Below, piece by piece: positions 35,217 to 48,563 of a stretch of 64,000 nucleotides of DNA. Origin of the DNA: Azolla caroliniana (lineage: Eukaryota > Plantae > Polypodiophyta); NCBI GenBank assembly GCA_043228905.1, contig JBHGNT010000004.1, positions 15,934,001 through 15,998,000 on the forward strand, given 5' to 3'. The notes under the pieces were generated by a model, which ran no database searches, was not told the DNA's origin, and worked only from the letters and a program-made list of their open reading frames with translations. The first letter of the stretch is position 1; every line of letters begins with the position of its first letter. The translations under genes were made by a program, and so were the position numbers.

Positions 35217-38195
35217 ATTTGTCTGTAAGATCTTCATCTCTTTTTTGTGCAGCTCCTCTATTCACGCCATTTCTTTTAGCATGCAGATTTTGATTTCTTC
35301 AACCAACTGTTGTTTGGCTGCCAACTACTCCTCAAACCACTCCCGTTGTTTCTTCCCAGCCTCTGATTGTGCGTTTATCGTTTCTTCAGCTTGTGCCAAC
35401 TCCGTCCGTTGGTCCTGTAATTCGCCTAAGACTTTAGCTTGCTCCTTGGTTCAGTTGTCCAATTTAGCTTCTAGCTCCTTTATGCTCTTCCTAGCGGTGC
35501 TGCGGATGCTTGTTTCCCGATTCGACGATTGCCACAGTTCCGCCCTTAGTTGATCGATCTCTGTTTCGGCCGTTTTCTTCACCTTCTCGGATATGGCCTT
35601 TTGGGCTTCCAGGTCTTCCTAGAGTTCTTGTAAGCCAGCGATTGATTGTCTGGCTGGGCTAGCGCTCTTCGTTGTTCCAATTGTTGAATTGTTGCTTTGC
35701 ATTCCTACAACTACTGTGAGTTTTCAGCGGCTACCTTCCTGGCTCTTTTGCTTTTGAATGCCATATCCTTGGCCCCTAAGCGTACCTTAGCCAATATTTC
35801 GTGGACCTCCACTAGGTCCATATTCAGTACTGGTAATTCGATTGCTAGGTGCCCTCTCTTTGCTTGTCGCTTTCGGCCAATCTTGTTTAGTGTGGATTTG
35901 CTTTCCGCCTCAATAATGCTGGCTATGGCGCGCTGGATCATATGTTGCTTTGTGTGCTCTTCTACCATCCTTGCGGTGGTCGCTATTTGCTATGGGGCTA
36001 AGTACTCTCTATTAGCTCAAACAACATGCCGAATTGCAATATTGTGGCCATCTCACGCGCTGCTGCTAGGATTTCGTGGTAGGCGAGAACCTTGCTCTTC
36101 GATACCACGGACCCCCCTTGGCACTGTTGCAGCGTCCCTATCAACGTTGTGTGGGCAGCCAATAGCAGAGTGACTGTCTGTTCCTCGATGAATGCCTGCC
36201 TCAGTCATCTGTTCGGTTCCCGTCTCCTTCGTCGATCCTCGACCGTTCTTTCTGTCTAATCGCCTGCACTTTGGTTGAGAGCTCCGGCCTGCCTTTTGCT
36301 TCCGCTTATCTCCATGTTGGCGGATGGTAACATCGTTGTCGGCCCGTTCCGTTGCTGTGATTCCTTTGGCCCGGTGGTCTCCTCCTCCCGTTCTGGCTTC
36401 CTCATTGGAGATGGCCAGCGGTGGGGGAAAGAACACTTTTAGGTATGATTGTGGCACTTTTAGGTATTATGCCACAATCGGCAAAACCTTTTTTCTGGCC
36501 TGTACGGCAAAGGATACCCGCCCCCCTAATGATATAAATCCCCAATCTAACTGCTTTTTCTTTGTATGTTGTGATGATGAGGCTAGCCTTGGGCTTCCGC
36601 ATCCCACAGGACTTGTTATGGACGCAGGTGACTTCCAGGACGAACTTGGCGACCTCTCTGAAAAGGACATCATGGCACCATCGTGTCTTGTATGCCTTCA
36701 CCGTGACAGAGTATTCCCCGAAGTAATCCTCTAGGATTTCAGTAGGTGGAATATCGAACAACCTCTCACCTACGGGCTTCAATATGAGCTTCTTCCAAAT
36801 CATGGCATTCGTGAGGGTGTCAACCTTGATCTGCATTCCTACTTCCATGACATTCGAGTGAGGTGGCGCCTTTGCGACCCTGATGTACCAGTCAAGGCCA
36901 TAGTCATGTAGCCACTATTCCAAGGATGAGGAGATTTCGTGCGTCATGGCGAGGGTTTCGACTACTTTGGAAGGTTCGAGTGTTGGCGACGGCCGAAAGT
37001 TGTTTCTTCTCCAATGCGCTCCTTTTTGCGTCTTTTGTGCAATAAATGACTTGTTTGTTTCTATTCTTTTTGTTGCGTGTCGTCAAGAAATCCTAACTCC
37101 AAAAACCTGCGACGCATGTTTTACCATGCGTTTGGAAAAAGTTGTACTTGCTTTCTTGGGTTGCGTGTCTGCATGAAGTTTGTCTTTAATAGCTCTGAGG
37201 GCTTTTCTCTTCTTCTTTTTTATTAACAGAATGGAACGGTAATATACATACACTAAACTTACTTTGTGGGCCCCTCTATTTATAGGAAGTGGGGTCTCTC
37301 TCCCGATGTTTGATTCGCCGGAGGGCAGCCCTTGCAATTTGTCCTCTTTATATGTCTTTTCTTGAACATGTTAGGGGGTGTGTGGCCAACATAGGGCTTC
37401 AACCGAAAACCTTTTACCCCCTTTGGGCGGAGTTCACTGGCTAGTGTGCCCAACTCATAGATTCCTTTCACGACGTCCCTAATCCAATAGGGTCCTGTCC
37501 ACCGGAAACGGAGCTTCCCCGGCATGTGTCCCATCCGAGTCTGAAAGACTAAGACTATTTTGCCGATCCTGAACGCTTTTGTGTTCCCTTTCTTGTGGTG
37601 GTCGGCAAAAGCTTTACACCGGCGTTGCTCTTGCTCTATTAGCCACATACTCTGCAGTAGGCTTTCGGGGCCATCGGAAACAATCTCATGCAACAGACAA
37701 CTCCAAACTGGTATCGACTAGTATCGATGAACACGATGCCGTTACGCGTTTTTGCGGTAACCGACTCAAGGTGACTGTGGAACAGGCGGAGGGTGAGTTA
37801 GTCATATTGCAACAACGTCGTAAGGAGGGTGCTCAATGTAACTGGGAGATTGTGAAGGGATACATTACTCAACACAGAGTACGAGTGCTCAACACAGATG
37901 AAAAACTTAGCCACATATTACGGGACAGATATACACAATTACGATAGACACAAAGATTGAGTAAAAAGAGTGACTACAAAAATTACGTGACTAACTCTTT
38001 ACAGGCTTTCCATGCCCTTTATATAGGGCATGGGTGGTTACAACTAAGCGTGAACCACTCTTTTTCTCACTCTCTCTCCTAATTACTTTCCATCCGTTAC
38101 ACTTACTCCTCAGCCCTACCTATCTTTCCGTTACCCGCCCATTGTCTGCTCCGTTATGTGATTTCATATACGGTTGTCCGCTTCGGCCTTTCACA

Positions 38196-39895
38196 CTTGG
38201 CCGTTGGAGGCGACCAACATATACTATGCTAGCAGACAACTCTCGACATCCGAAAAGAATTATTCAACAACGGAACGCGAAGCACCTGGCATAATATACA
38301 GTATAACAAAGTTTTGGCATTATCTCCTCTGCCGAAAATTTACATTCCATGTCGATCAGTTGGCATTACTGTATCTAGTCCACAAGCAGGCATTGACTGG
38401 CCGATTGGCACGTTGGATGTTACTTCTCCAAGAATTTGAATTCGACATACACCATAGGACAAGGGTACAACACGCGCAATTGCAGACTATCTGAGTCGGT
38501 TTGAATCGGGGAAACCAACTGGAATCGTATATGATGATCTGCCCGATGCCAACCTTTTTGGTATTGACCCTGCGACACCACATACTGAAATCGAGGATAT
38601 ATGTTTCACTTCCTCAGCACATGAGTTCCAAGAAGCGGTTAGCAGACTGTAATCGGAATTTTTGCATGTTCGTCGATACGCTCTACTGATGAGGCTTGAA
38701 CGACATTTGGCGTCACGAGGTGCAACAGTTCGAAAAAGACGCTATCCTACGGGAAGCACGTTGGGGGATAGTCGGGGGACACTATGCCGGAGACGCCACG
38801 ACTCGGAAAATTTGGCAAAGTGGGTTATAGTGGCCCACCATGAAAAAAGATGCCCACGAATTATGTAAGCAATGCGATGTATGCCAGCGCATGGGCCAGC
38901 CCACAGAGCAAGCCCGCACCAACTGGTTCTTCCGTTAGAACCTTTCCAAAATGGGGGTTTGGATTTCATTCGCCCATTCCAACCGTTCGCGACTTGAACT
39001 GGAAATAAATATATCATCATGGCAACCGATTAGTGCACAAATTGGGTCGAAGAGAAGGAATTTCGCAACTACACGGCCATGTTTATGACCAAATTCGTTT
39101 ATGAATATCTATGGGGTCGATTTGGTTACTCAATCGAGCTAGTCAATGACCAAGGCAATCATTTTCTCAATCGACTTATTTGAGATCTGACCACCCACTA
39201 TGCGGTAGTGCATAAGAAAAGCACGTCGTATTATCCTCAAGCCAACGGCCTAGCGGAGTCAACAAATAAAATATTGCAAAACATCCTCAAGAAAATCGAA
39301 CTGATTGGGATGACAAGCTCCACAGGGCACTCTGGGCATATCGGACGATGTTCAAGATCGATAACAAATCCACCCCTCTTCACTTGGCTTATAGTTTTAA
39401 GGTAGTAATGCCTATTGAATTCCATGTACCATGTTTGGAGTCTAGATCACCGCACGACTTTCCGAGTTCGAGTCAGGGCAGAAACGACTCGAGCAATTAC
39501 TCGAACTCGGTGAACATCGGATTGCCAGTCTAGGCCGATTAGAACACGATCAACGGCAACGAAAAGCCTTTGTTGATAGACATGGGAAAGGGTCGGCAAA
39601 ATCATTCGAAAAAGACAAACCAGTCCTCTTGTTTCAAACTCGGCTCGACTAGATGCCACGAAAGCTCCGTTTTTGGTGGACAGGGCCCTTCTGGATTATC
39701 GATGAATTTAATGGAACGTTCCAGCTCGGTACATTGCCTGACGATGTCTTGACAAAGTGGGTCAATGGGTTTCTGTTAAAACCGTACCTCAGCCATACCC
39801 CACCCAACCCTTTCGTTGGTAAACAACATGGTCGAGACCTGCCCGCGATAGGTGAAACAGACGATTTCAAGGGTCACTCACCCCAATCCCGGTAA
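38196..39895 (+). pseudogene. pol: Degenerate G1-like Ty3 RNase H-integrase
   Basis: [55 protein letters not shown]; many frameshifts. Confidence 0.85.
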
Positions 39896-40807
39896 TTACT
39901 CTACCTACCACCCGAAATTGTATACTAAGTACATATTTAAGGAGCATGGATGACTCACGAGAAAAGAAAGTACAAACATTTTTTCGCCACGTGGTCTTCA
40001 CACCTTATTATGGCAGGCAAGATTCTAAATTTTGGGCACAAGGAATCGTGAGTGCGTAAAAGACTAAGGTAGGGTCAGGTTGGGGCGAAACGTTACACCC
40101 TTCATCTATTGACACTCCGTGAATCGGCTATAACCGATTTGTAATCTCGATTTACATAACAGACATCACAAGTAGAAATAGATTTGGAACGAGATAGGCA
40201 TAGAAATTTACCAAAAAAGTATAGGTGTTTGATTACCTTATAGATATTATAATGTTAGTACAAAAACCGAGTATAATCGATATCGCTCACTCACTCAATA
40301 CAATTCTAGGATTAAGTTTACTCACTCTGATTCAGAATAGGTATATATCTCCCCTTAGTCTGCGTTCGCCACTTTACGATTTATATAGGTTCCTCTCCTC
40401 TTGGCACGCTCAAACTACTTCCTTCTGATCCTCAACCTTTGTTCTCGGCTGCTTGTATTTCGGTTACTTTCCCCCCCTCACCTACAAGTGCTCGACTCTT
40501 TTCACACTTGTCCTATGCTTCCACTTTGACCCTTTTCCTTTAGGATTCTTTTAACAGTTCGTGCCTTTTGCCCCATGGATAAAAAAGATGATGACGATGA
40601 TTGAGAACTTGTCAGTTGGTCTAGCAAACAAGTAGAGAAGCAGACAAAGAAGATGGTTACACATAGAGAAGGAGAGAGATAAAGATATGCTCAAAGAAGA
40701 GTGTCTTTCAATAACCTTCGCACGCTCTTTACAAGAAAAGTTACCTACTTATATAGTTAGGTTAACTATGTTCACATTAGAGATACAAAGATGGTGAAGT
40801 GGGACTT

Positions 40808-41668
40808 TTATCGCAACAGTGCGAGGTCACCCAAGCTCACTTGCACCATTTCATCCTCTTCAATGTTTATATTGATGGAGTTAAGTGAGTCGCAGATACT
40901 CTTGATCTTGATGGTGTAGTCCGAAATAGACATGTCCTTTTGCCGAATGTTGTTCAATTCTTGCCAAAGTTGAAGCTTGCGGGGGATTGTTTGGTGGCGA
41001 AGATTTTCTTCAACTCTCCCACGCTTCTTTAGGCGTCTTAGCATCTTGAATATGGATAAGCATGTGATCATAGACACATATTGGCAAGCAATACATTACC
41101 CGACTTGCTCCTTGCTCCCACGTTGGGTAGTTGGCATTTTTTATGTCAGGTTAACTTTTCACTAGGGAGCAAGCTACCCATTTGTGTGTTGATATTGATA
41201 TAGTGTCTTCTTTTTTGGCTTTTCTTCCTTCGGTCACGACACGTGCTACATAGTGGCACTATGGTAGCAGATAGACAAAGTTGTTGTCGGCGTGTCGAAC
41301 ACACAATCACAATGAATCGGGTGGGCTTAGTGGGTATGCTACACCACACGCTCTGCTACCATGTTAATATTAAGGGTTAATTAGAATCTAATTATGTGAG
41401 TTTTTAATCATGTATGTGTTTAAGAAGTGGAAGATTATGTGATATGTGTGTGAGATAAAGAGAGAGAGGAAGTTACAATTATGAACAATAAGACAAACTA
41501 GGGGATGATTAACAAGAGTGTAGGTAGATAATCTTTCTCTATATTAATAACATCCAATTACAAAAATACCCACAAGGAGCTATATATACATCTCATGTGC
41601 AAGACTGCACATGTGTGAGCAGAATATAGGTACAAGGATATAAGTCCTATATTAAATGTGCTTGAGAG
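40808..41668 (-). mobile_element. Truncated copia related to D: partial LTR from 41362, degenerate PBS 41350-41361, internally deleted gag
   Basis: QMGSLLPSEKL, RKLQLWQELNNIRQKDMSISDY; LTR similar to 42023-42463. Confidence 0.75.
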
Positions 41669-41830
41669 TAGGCATTGGCAATGGTTCAGTTTAGGCTTAA
41701 CAGGTTTGTCCTTATCCAAGCCAAACCGGTTAAGCCTAAATCGTTTTGGGGGTTCTGAAACTTGAACCAAACCAAATCAACCCGATCACTAAACCGGTTT
41801 GTGAAATGGTTTGGTAACTAGTTAGTGAAC
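41669..41830. mobile_element. Possible hAT/MITE-like end
   Basis: TAGGCATTGGCAATGGTTC start with repeated AAACCGGTT motifs; truncates the adjacent LTR; no second TIR seen. Confidence 0.3.
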
Positions 41831-42603
41831 CTCACCATTATTTTTCTTCCCCTCAACCTCTAATAACAGCACCATAAGCACCCCTACCACCATCACCATC
41901 TCAAATACAAATATTTGATAGCTATGGAGACATTGTTGGGAATTAGGTCCTTCCGGATGGGATCCGGAAGAGCCGGATCGGACGAGTCGAAGGAAGGAAC
42001 CAAACCTGATGGGTTTGAAAGGTGTTAAGTAATTAGGTAATTAACTAGGGTTAATTAGAGACTAATTATATGGTTACGTTAAGCAGTGGAAGATTAGTAT
42101 GACATGCACGTGAGAGTGTGTGAGAGGAAGAGAGAGAGAGAGGAAGTTACACTTATGAGCACGAAGATAAATGGGGGATGATTGACTATATTGAAAAGTG
42201 TCATCAACATACAAAAATACCCACAATGAGGTATATATACAACCCATGTGCAAAGGTGCACATGTGTGGGTAGAACATAGGTACTTATGTGTAAGTCCTA
42301 CATTAAATGTACTAAGGGGTGGAGGATCTAGAATATCCCACTTAAGTACAAGGTCCTATTTAAAGGCTTAAGGTCAACACATTAACTAGATTCGATCTAG
42401 GTAACTACTAAGTTACATGTGTTGACAAACTAGATTAAACTAGTTGAGCTTGATATATCAACACGCCCCCTCAAGCTCAAGTGTGAGGCATCCAACGTCC
42501 GGTTTAGCTTCCTTTGGCTTCGTCGGCATCGGTGCGGCTTGCGGCTTTCTTCGCGGCGTTGCGCAGCTTTCCTCGCGTCTTCACGGCTTCGTTGCGTGGC
42601 TCT

Positions 42604-45315
42604 TCACGACTTATTCTCCCCCTCAAGCCTGTGACAAAGGCTTGGATCCTCAGGCTCTTGTTCGGCCACTACCTTCATTGCGAGGGAATAGTGATGGGCC
42701 ATACACTCGTTGTAGGCGTAACAAGTGACTTGGGTCTTCGCTCGTGATGAGCGGCGGAGTTTCTCGTTTGTTGATGTGAGCGCCTTCTTTACTCCGGGTG
42801 TCCTCATGATGGGTACACCGAACTCATTGTCTAGTGAGCGAGCCGAATCATCCGAATTACGGTCGTCGGGGTGGACCTAGACTTCTTATTCGGGCATCTT
42901 ACCTTTGCCTTTGTCTGATGTCGGACTTGGCCGCGACGTGTTTTCATCGCGTGGAAGCTCTTGTGGGCCAATTAGCTCGGTAGAGCTTGGATTGTCCTTT
43001 AGTGGAGGACTTGGCCGAGTTTCGTCGTCCGAGTTGGCGTTCAACTTTTCCTCGATCGGGTCGGATGGAGTTGCATCGGGCTTATACCAAGATGCCGATT
43101 CGTCGAAAACGACATCGCGACTTATCCGCACCGCTCGGGTCGAAGGGTTGAAGCACTTGTACGCCTTTTTCGCGGACAAGTATCCTATGAGGATACATTC
43201 TTCCAACTTCGCATCGGGCTTCTCTCGACTTTCATTTGGGATGCGTACATTTGCAATGCTTCCGAACACCTTGAGGTGCGAGAGGATGGGCTTTCTGCCA
43301 ACGAAGATCTCGTATGGAGTAAGCTCGTGCACGCTATTTGTGGTGCATCGATTCATGAGATAGACGGCCATGGATGCCGCTTCCACCCAATAGAAGTTCA
43401 GCATGTGCTTCTCACGCATCATGGCACGTGCTACCTCGAGTATTTGCCGATTCTTTCTCTCGGCTACTCCGTTTTGTTGGGGAGTGTGTCGGCATGAGAA
43501 TTCTCTACGAATGCCTTCACCTTGGAGGTAGGAGGTGAACTTGTTGGAGAAGTACTCCTTTCCTCCGTCCGATCGTAGGCATCGAATGTGCCGACCGATT
43601 TCTTTCTCCACTTGGCTTTTGAACCTTTGAAAGTGGGAGAACACTTCACTCTTCTTCTTCATCGGGTATATCCATGCGTAGCACGAGTGGTCGTCGATGA
43701 AGGTGATGTAGTAGCGGCATCCACCGAGCGTCGGTGTTTGAGCTGGTCCCCATACATCCGAGTGGATTATGTCAAGGAGGCCTTTGCTTGCGGAGCCCTC
43801 TTTTGGGAATGCGAGTTGATATTGTTTGCCGAGTTGGCATGCTTCACACACTCGGTTGACTCGTTTTGATTCGAAGGCTGGAAGTCCGATTACGATTCCC
43901 TTTGATTGCATTCCGCGAAGCCTTTGGATATTTACGTGGCCGATTCGCTTGTGCTACAACTCGATGTTTGTCTCCGTCTTGAGACCTTTGGCGTACACAG
44001 CTGATTTTACCTTGTTCGAGTCGAGGATGAACAAGCGACCGTCTCTCTGTCCCTTGGCTATGAGTCAGCCGTCTTTCTCGATGAAGAAACCTTCATTGTT
44101 GAAGTGGACTTGCATGCCTTGCTCCACGATTTGCCCGACCAAGACCAAATTCTTTGTTTTTGTGGGCACGTGCAAGACATTCTTGATGCAGGTTTGCTCG
44201 CCTTCTTTCCCGAATGGGACAACGCCGATGTGCCGAATGGGATGTGGAGTGTCGTCTCCGGTCTCTATGTCGCGAAACCACTCTTGGTGCGACGTCATGT
44301 GGTGCGAGGCGCCGGAGTCTATGAACCACGCGTGTTCGGAGTTGGAGGTGCTTGCGGAATTTGCGGGATCGGAGGCCATCATAGAGTTCGCTCTATGCCT
44401 CATCACGAAGAGTCCGCCATAGTCCGCGTATTCTACATTCGCGGCGTAATTTGTGAGTTGCCGGCTTGTTGAAGCCGACTCGCTTCGTCTTTTTCAGCAC
44501 TCCTCTTCACAATGGCCGATTTTTCCGCAATAGTTGCATGTAGGTGGCGTCATTCGCCGACCTTGTTCGGTGTGGAAGCTCCCCCTTCTTGTGAAGGTTC
44601 CTCGATGGCTTCCGTTTCCTTGCTCAAATTGTGAATTCCCTTCGTGGGATAGGTCGAATTGACCTCTTCCGCTTCGACCTCGTCTATGGGCACCATCCGT
44701 ATCGGAGAAGAGCATTTGTCCTTCCGATGTGTTGGTCTTTGATTGAACGTGGTTTTCTTCAACCAATAGCATTGATTGGAGCTTGAAGAACGAGGGAGGG
44801 GTATCTCTCGCCAAGATTGCCATTCTCAACGGGTTAAATCATTGTGCAAGGCCACCCAAGCATACTTGCACCATCTCTTCTTCGTCGATGTTGACATTGA
44901 TGGATCCAAGCGAGTCGCAAATGCTCTTGATCTTGGCGGTGTAGTCCGTCACGGACATTTCTTTTTGTCGTATGTTGTTCAACTCTTGCCGGAGTTGAAG
45001 CTTGCACGCAGATGTGTCCGCGGCGAAAATCTTCTTGATATTTTCCCACGCCTCTTTGGGCGTCTTGGCGTCACGAATGTGGCTAAGAATGTGGTCGTTT
45101 ACACATGTTTCCAAGCAATACATTACCCGACTCGCACCTTGCTCCCACGTTGGGTAGTTGGCGTGTGTGATTTCGGGTTTGTTTTCTTGTGCGCCGTTAA
45201 TGTAGCACCAATACCCTCGGCCGACATGGTATTGATTCATCTTGTACTCCCAAGATGAATAGTTGCTTCCGTGAAGCTTTTCGCTAGGGAGCGAGCTTCC
45301 CATTTGTGTGTTCAT
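42604..45315 (-). pseudogene. Copia gag-protease-integrase, no RT/RH
   Basis: MGSSLPSEKL.., CNYCGKIGHCEEEC, FIDSGAS, SDVWGP, SDGGKEY, PQQNGVAER; ends at EQEP just before the RT would start. Confidence 0.9.
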
Positions 45316-45649
45316 GTTGATTGTTGTGTCTTCCGTTTTGTTTTTCTTCTCTTGGTCGCGTACACGTCCTTCGTAGTGGCACTACGGTAGCGAATAGCAA
45401 ATAGCCGGGATTTGTCGTCGGCGTCTCGAACACACAATCACGAATAAGTGATGGGCTTAGTGGATTTCCTAAACCACGCGCTCTGATACCATGTTAAGTA
45501 ATTAGGTAATTAACTAGGGTTAATTAGAGACTAATTATATGGTTACGTTAAGCAGCGGAAGATTAGTATGATATGCAGGTGAGAGTGTGTGAGAGGAAGA
45601 GAGAGAGAGAGGAAGTTACACTTATGAGCACGAAGATAAATGGGGGATG

Positions 45650-48563
45650 TGTTGTTGGGGTGGGGGGTGAAACCTAGAATGGCTTCACCCCCCTCCCAAG
45701 GGGGTTACGTTAGAGAGAGAGCAAAAGAGAAAGAAAAATAGAAAATGACACAAAATGAGAGGGGGAAAATGTATATCATTATGCCCTATGGGTGGGGTTT
45801 ATATAGTACAAGAGGTAACCATTACAAATAAAGAATGAGAGAAGTAGACAGTTACATTACTTACCCACTTTCTCACCTTTGTACACATGCACACAAATGT
45901 GCATGTGTTTATACACATACACATACTCATCCTCACACACTCATTCATATTATACATACACATCAACCACATCATTACACATACCCTTATGCCTCCCCGT
46001 ATATTCTTATGGGTAACACATGGCACACTTGTGTGACAGTGCATTGCACGGTGAACCCACTCGCCATGGCAACTCTTCTCGACCGGAACTCTATCGGTCG
46101 TCTCAACGGTTGGAAAATCCCTCGACTGGATCACTACTCTACAATCAATATCTTTGATCAGAGCTTTGCTTGACTCGAACCTTCTTGTTCAGTCAGCACA
46201 ATGCATGATTGGATCATACACCAATCGGCTAGTTCACTGTGGCACGGGTCGTGAAATCGTGTTGTGTGTTTATGTATTCTTTCTTTCATCATGTGAGTTG
46301 TGTTTTTGTAATTTCATGATTTGTACCCCTTAATTTTTAAAAATTTTGTTTTTACCCTCAAAATTTTGAAATTTTAATGCATACCCTTGAGCTTGTGAAA
46401 TTCTCCTCCACTGCCCTCTAGTTCTTAAAATTCGATTGCGTGCCCTCGCATTATCGTAATTTTTATGTAGCCCTCAAGCTTTTCTTTTACATCTTTGTCT
46501 TTTTCTTCCTTTCACTTCTTCCTTTTTGTTTTCTTCTATGTCTTTGTCTTCTTCTTCTTCTTTCTTGATTCTCTTGTTCTTTACTTCATATGTTGAGTGG
46601 AGCACTTTTGTTTGGCATCTGTCTCAACCGGCTGTCCGTTTGCCGGCTGCCGGACCGCCTATTCAGCCGACTATCGGTTGTCGGTTATTCGGTCGTCTCT
46701 CAGTCCGGCCGGCTACCGCGGCCAATTGTCACCGTCTATTCTGCGCTCTGTCAGTCGGTCGTTGCTCTTGACCCGTCCGGCTCCATCCGCACCACCGGCT
46801 CTATCCGGTGCCATCTATGGTTGCTGGATGCCGGCTTTCTGGCCATGTGTAGGGCTTTTTCATTCGTAGGTTGTATCTCGATCGTCGCTAGTTGCCAGTT
46901 GTTGGTTTGTCTGTTCGACTATTTTCGCCGGCTGACCGTGGTCATCTTTCCACCCATTGTCGAATGTCCGCCATGTAGCTGTCTATGTCTGCCGGTCGGA
47001 CCGTCTTTTCGGCTATCACCATCGCCATTGTTGTCACCGTCGTCCGGTCGGCCGTGGTGTCTGCCAGCAGACCGTCTACGCATGGTCGGCTTTGAGAGCT
47101 ATTCTCCCGATCCTGCAGCATATCTCGATGCATTCAGGGACACCAAGAAGAAGCAAGGCGTCCGTAGGTAGCTTCTCTTCGTCTGATCATCATCACCGCC
47201 ACTGATGCCATTATCTTGTGTGTTCTCACTAACTTCTCCCAAAACTTGTTTTGTATTACTTTCAATGTGCAATCCAAGAATATAGACGAAATGATTACAT
47301 GCCATCTTCACATTAGTTGGGAGTCCTTTTTCCTCACCACCAAGCATTAATATGGTGGGCACACCTCGTGGAAGATCTCTGACTCGAATGACATCAGGAC
47401 CAAGTGCAGTGGCACCCACAACTCTCCACCCATCAAATTCTTGCAAGATCAAAGCTCCATAAATTTCAAAGCCCTTGAACTAGCCTTACTAACAACTGCA
47501 CTTGATGGTGTTGAATTCTTAGTGCATACTATAACCCCTTCTGCTTCCAAGAAGTACGTTGAGCGAAGAACAACACAGACATTTTGGGTATCTTGCTCCT
47601 CATCTAATACCACCCAAACTGGTGGTTTTTCACTCTCTTGATTGCATACACCTGGAAGGTGGCTTTTCCTCGTGTGAAGGAGAAGAAGACACGGGCAGAG
47701 ATGTTCTCTCCCACTCCCCATTGTCGTCCATTTGAGAGCTTAAGACCTTCCACCGCTACCTGGTTCCTTCTCCTTTTGGCTGCAATGAGGAGAGCCCTCA
47801 AGTAACACCCATTTTTCAGATCATATCATCATCATGGAGAGGTATGGATAGATATATTTATGATCAAAGGAACTCATATTTTCTCTTTCTCTCCGGAGAA
47901 ACGATAAAAGCATCCACAACATATTCTCCAAACCACACTAACATTGAGACATACAATCACGTCACAAAAAGAGGCAGAAAGAGAGATTTCGTGTCAAGGG
48001 AATAATGTTGATTTCTCCATCATAGGCTGGCTCCTACAAAAAGATTCCATGCACACAACACAATACTCTCTACACAAACATTATCAGACACGTACAGAGA
48101 GGGAGAGATAAAGATCAGTGATGGAGAGGGAGACTGAAGGAGGGAGAGAGTGACCTCTTCTCAAGGGAGTTCGGTCGTTCGGGCGTGCCAAAAGTGTTGT
48201 TGGGGTGGGGGGTGAAACCTAGAATGGCTTCACCCCCCTCCCAAGGGGGTTATGTTAGAGAGAGAGCAAAAGAGAAAGAAAAATAGAAAATGACACAAAA
48301 TGAGAGGGGGAAAATGTATATCATTATGCCCCATGGGTGGGGTTTATATAGTACAAGAGGTAACCGTTACAAATAAAGAATGAGACAAGTAGAGAGTTAC
48401 ATTACTTACCCACTTTCTCACCTTTGTACACATGCACACAAATGTGCATATGTTTATACACATACACATACTCATCCTCACACACTCATTCATATTATAC
48501 ACACATATCAACCACATCATTACACATACCCTTATGCCTCCCCGTATATTCTTATGGGTAACA
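45650..48563 (-). mobile_element. Non-autonomous LTR element (369-bp LTRs) carrying a host gene fragment, TSD GGATG
   Basis: LTRs 45650-46018 and 48195-48563; GGATG on both sides; TATATAA on the minus strand; partial Tat-type PBS TGGCACGCCC; no gag/pol. Confidence 0.9.
47160..47801 (-). pseudogene. Captured fragment of a SpoU/TrmH (MRM1/RlmB-like) 2'-O-ribose rRNA methyltransferase
   Basis: VWVVLDEEQDTQN..VLRSTYFL...VCTKNSTPSSAVVSKASS, GWRVVG, PTILMLGGEEKGL match SPOUT motifs 1-2; frameshifted; motif 3 absent. Confidence 0.85.

Larger units (their letters stand above)
29170..38100 (-). mobile_element. G1-like Ty3 derivative: LTR-like segment (~37808-38100), integrase C-terminus (37693-37280) and long ORF3 with coiled coil; interrupted by the copia at 30087-35216
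   Basis: MPGKLRFRWTGPYWI...GFRLKPY; ORF3 motifs at 36940-36430 and 35968-35711; heptad-rich sequence continues on both sides of the copia. Boundaries are approximate. Confidence 0.65.

Noticed and set aside
46590-47171. 193-aa plus-strand ORF as a real gene
   Set aside because: GC-rich, low-complexity CCGG-repeat sequence with no recognisable motifs.
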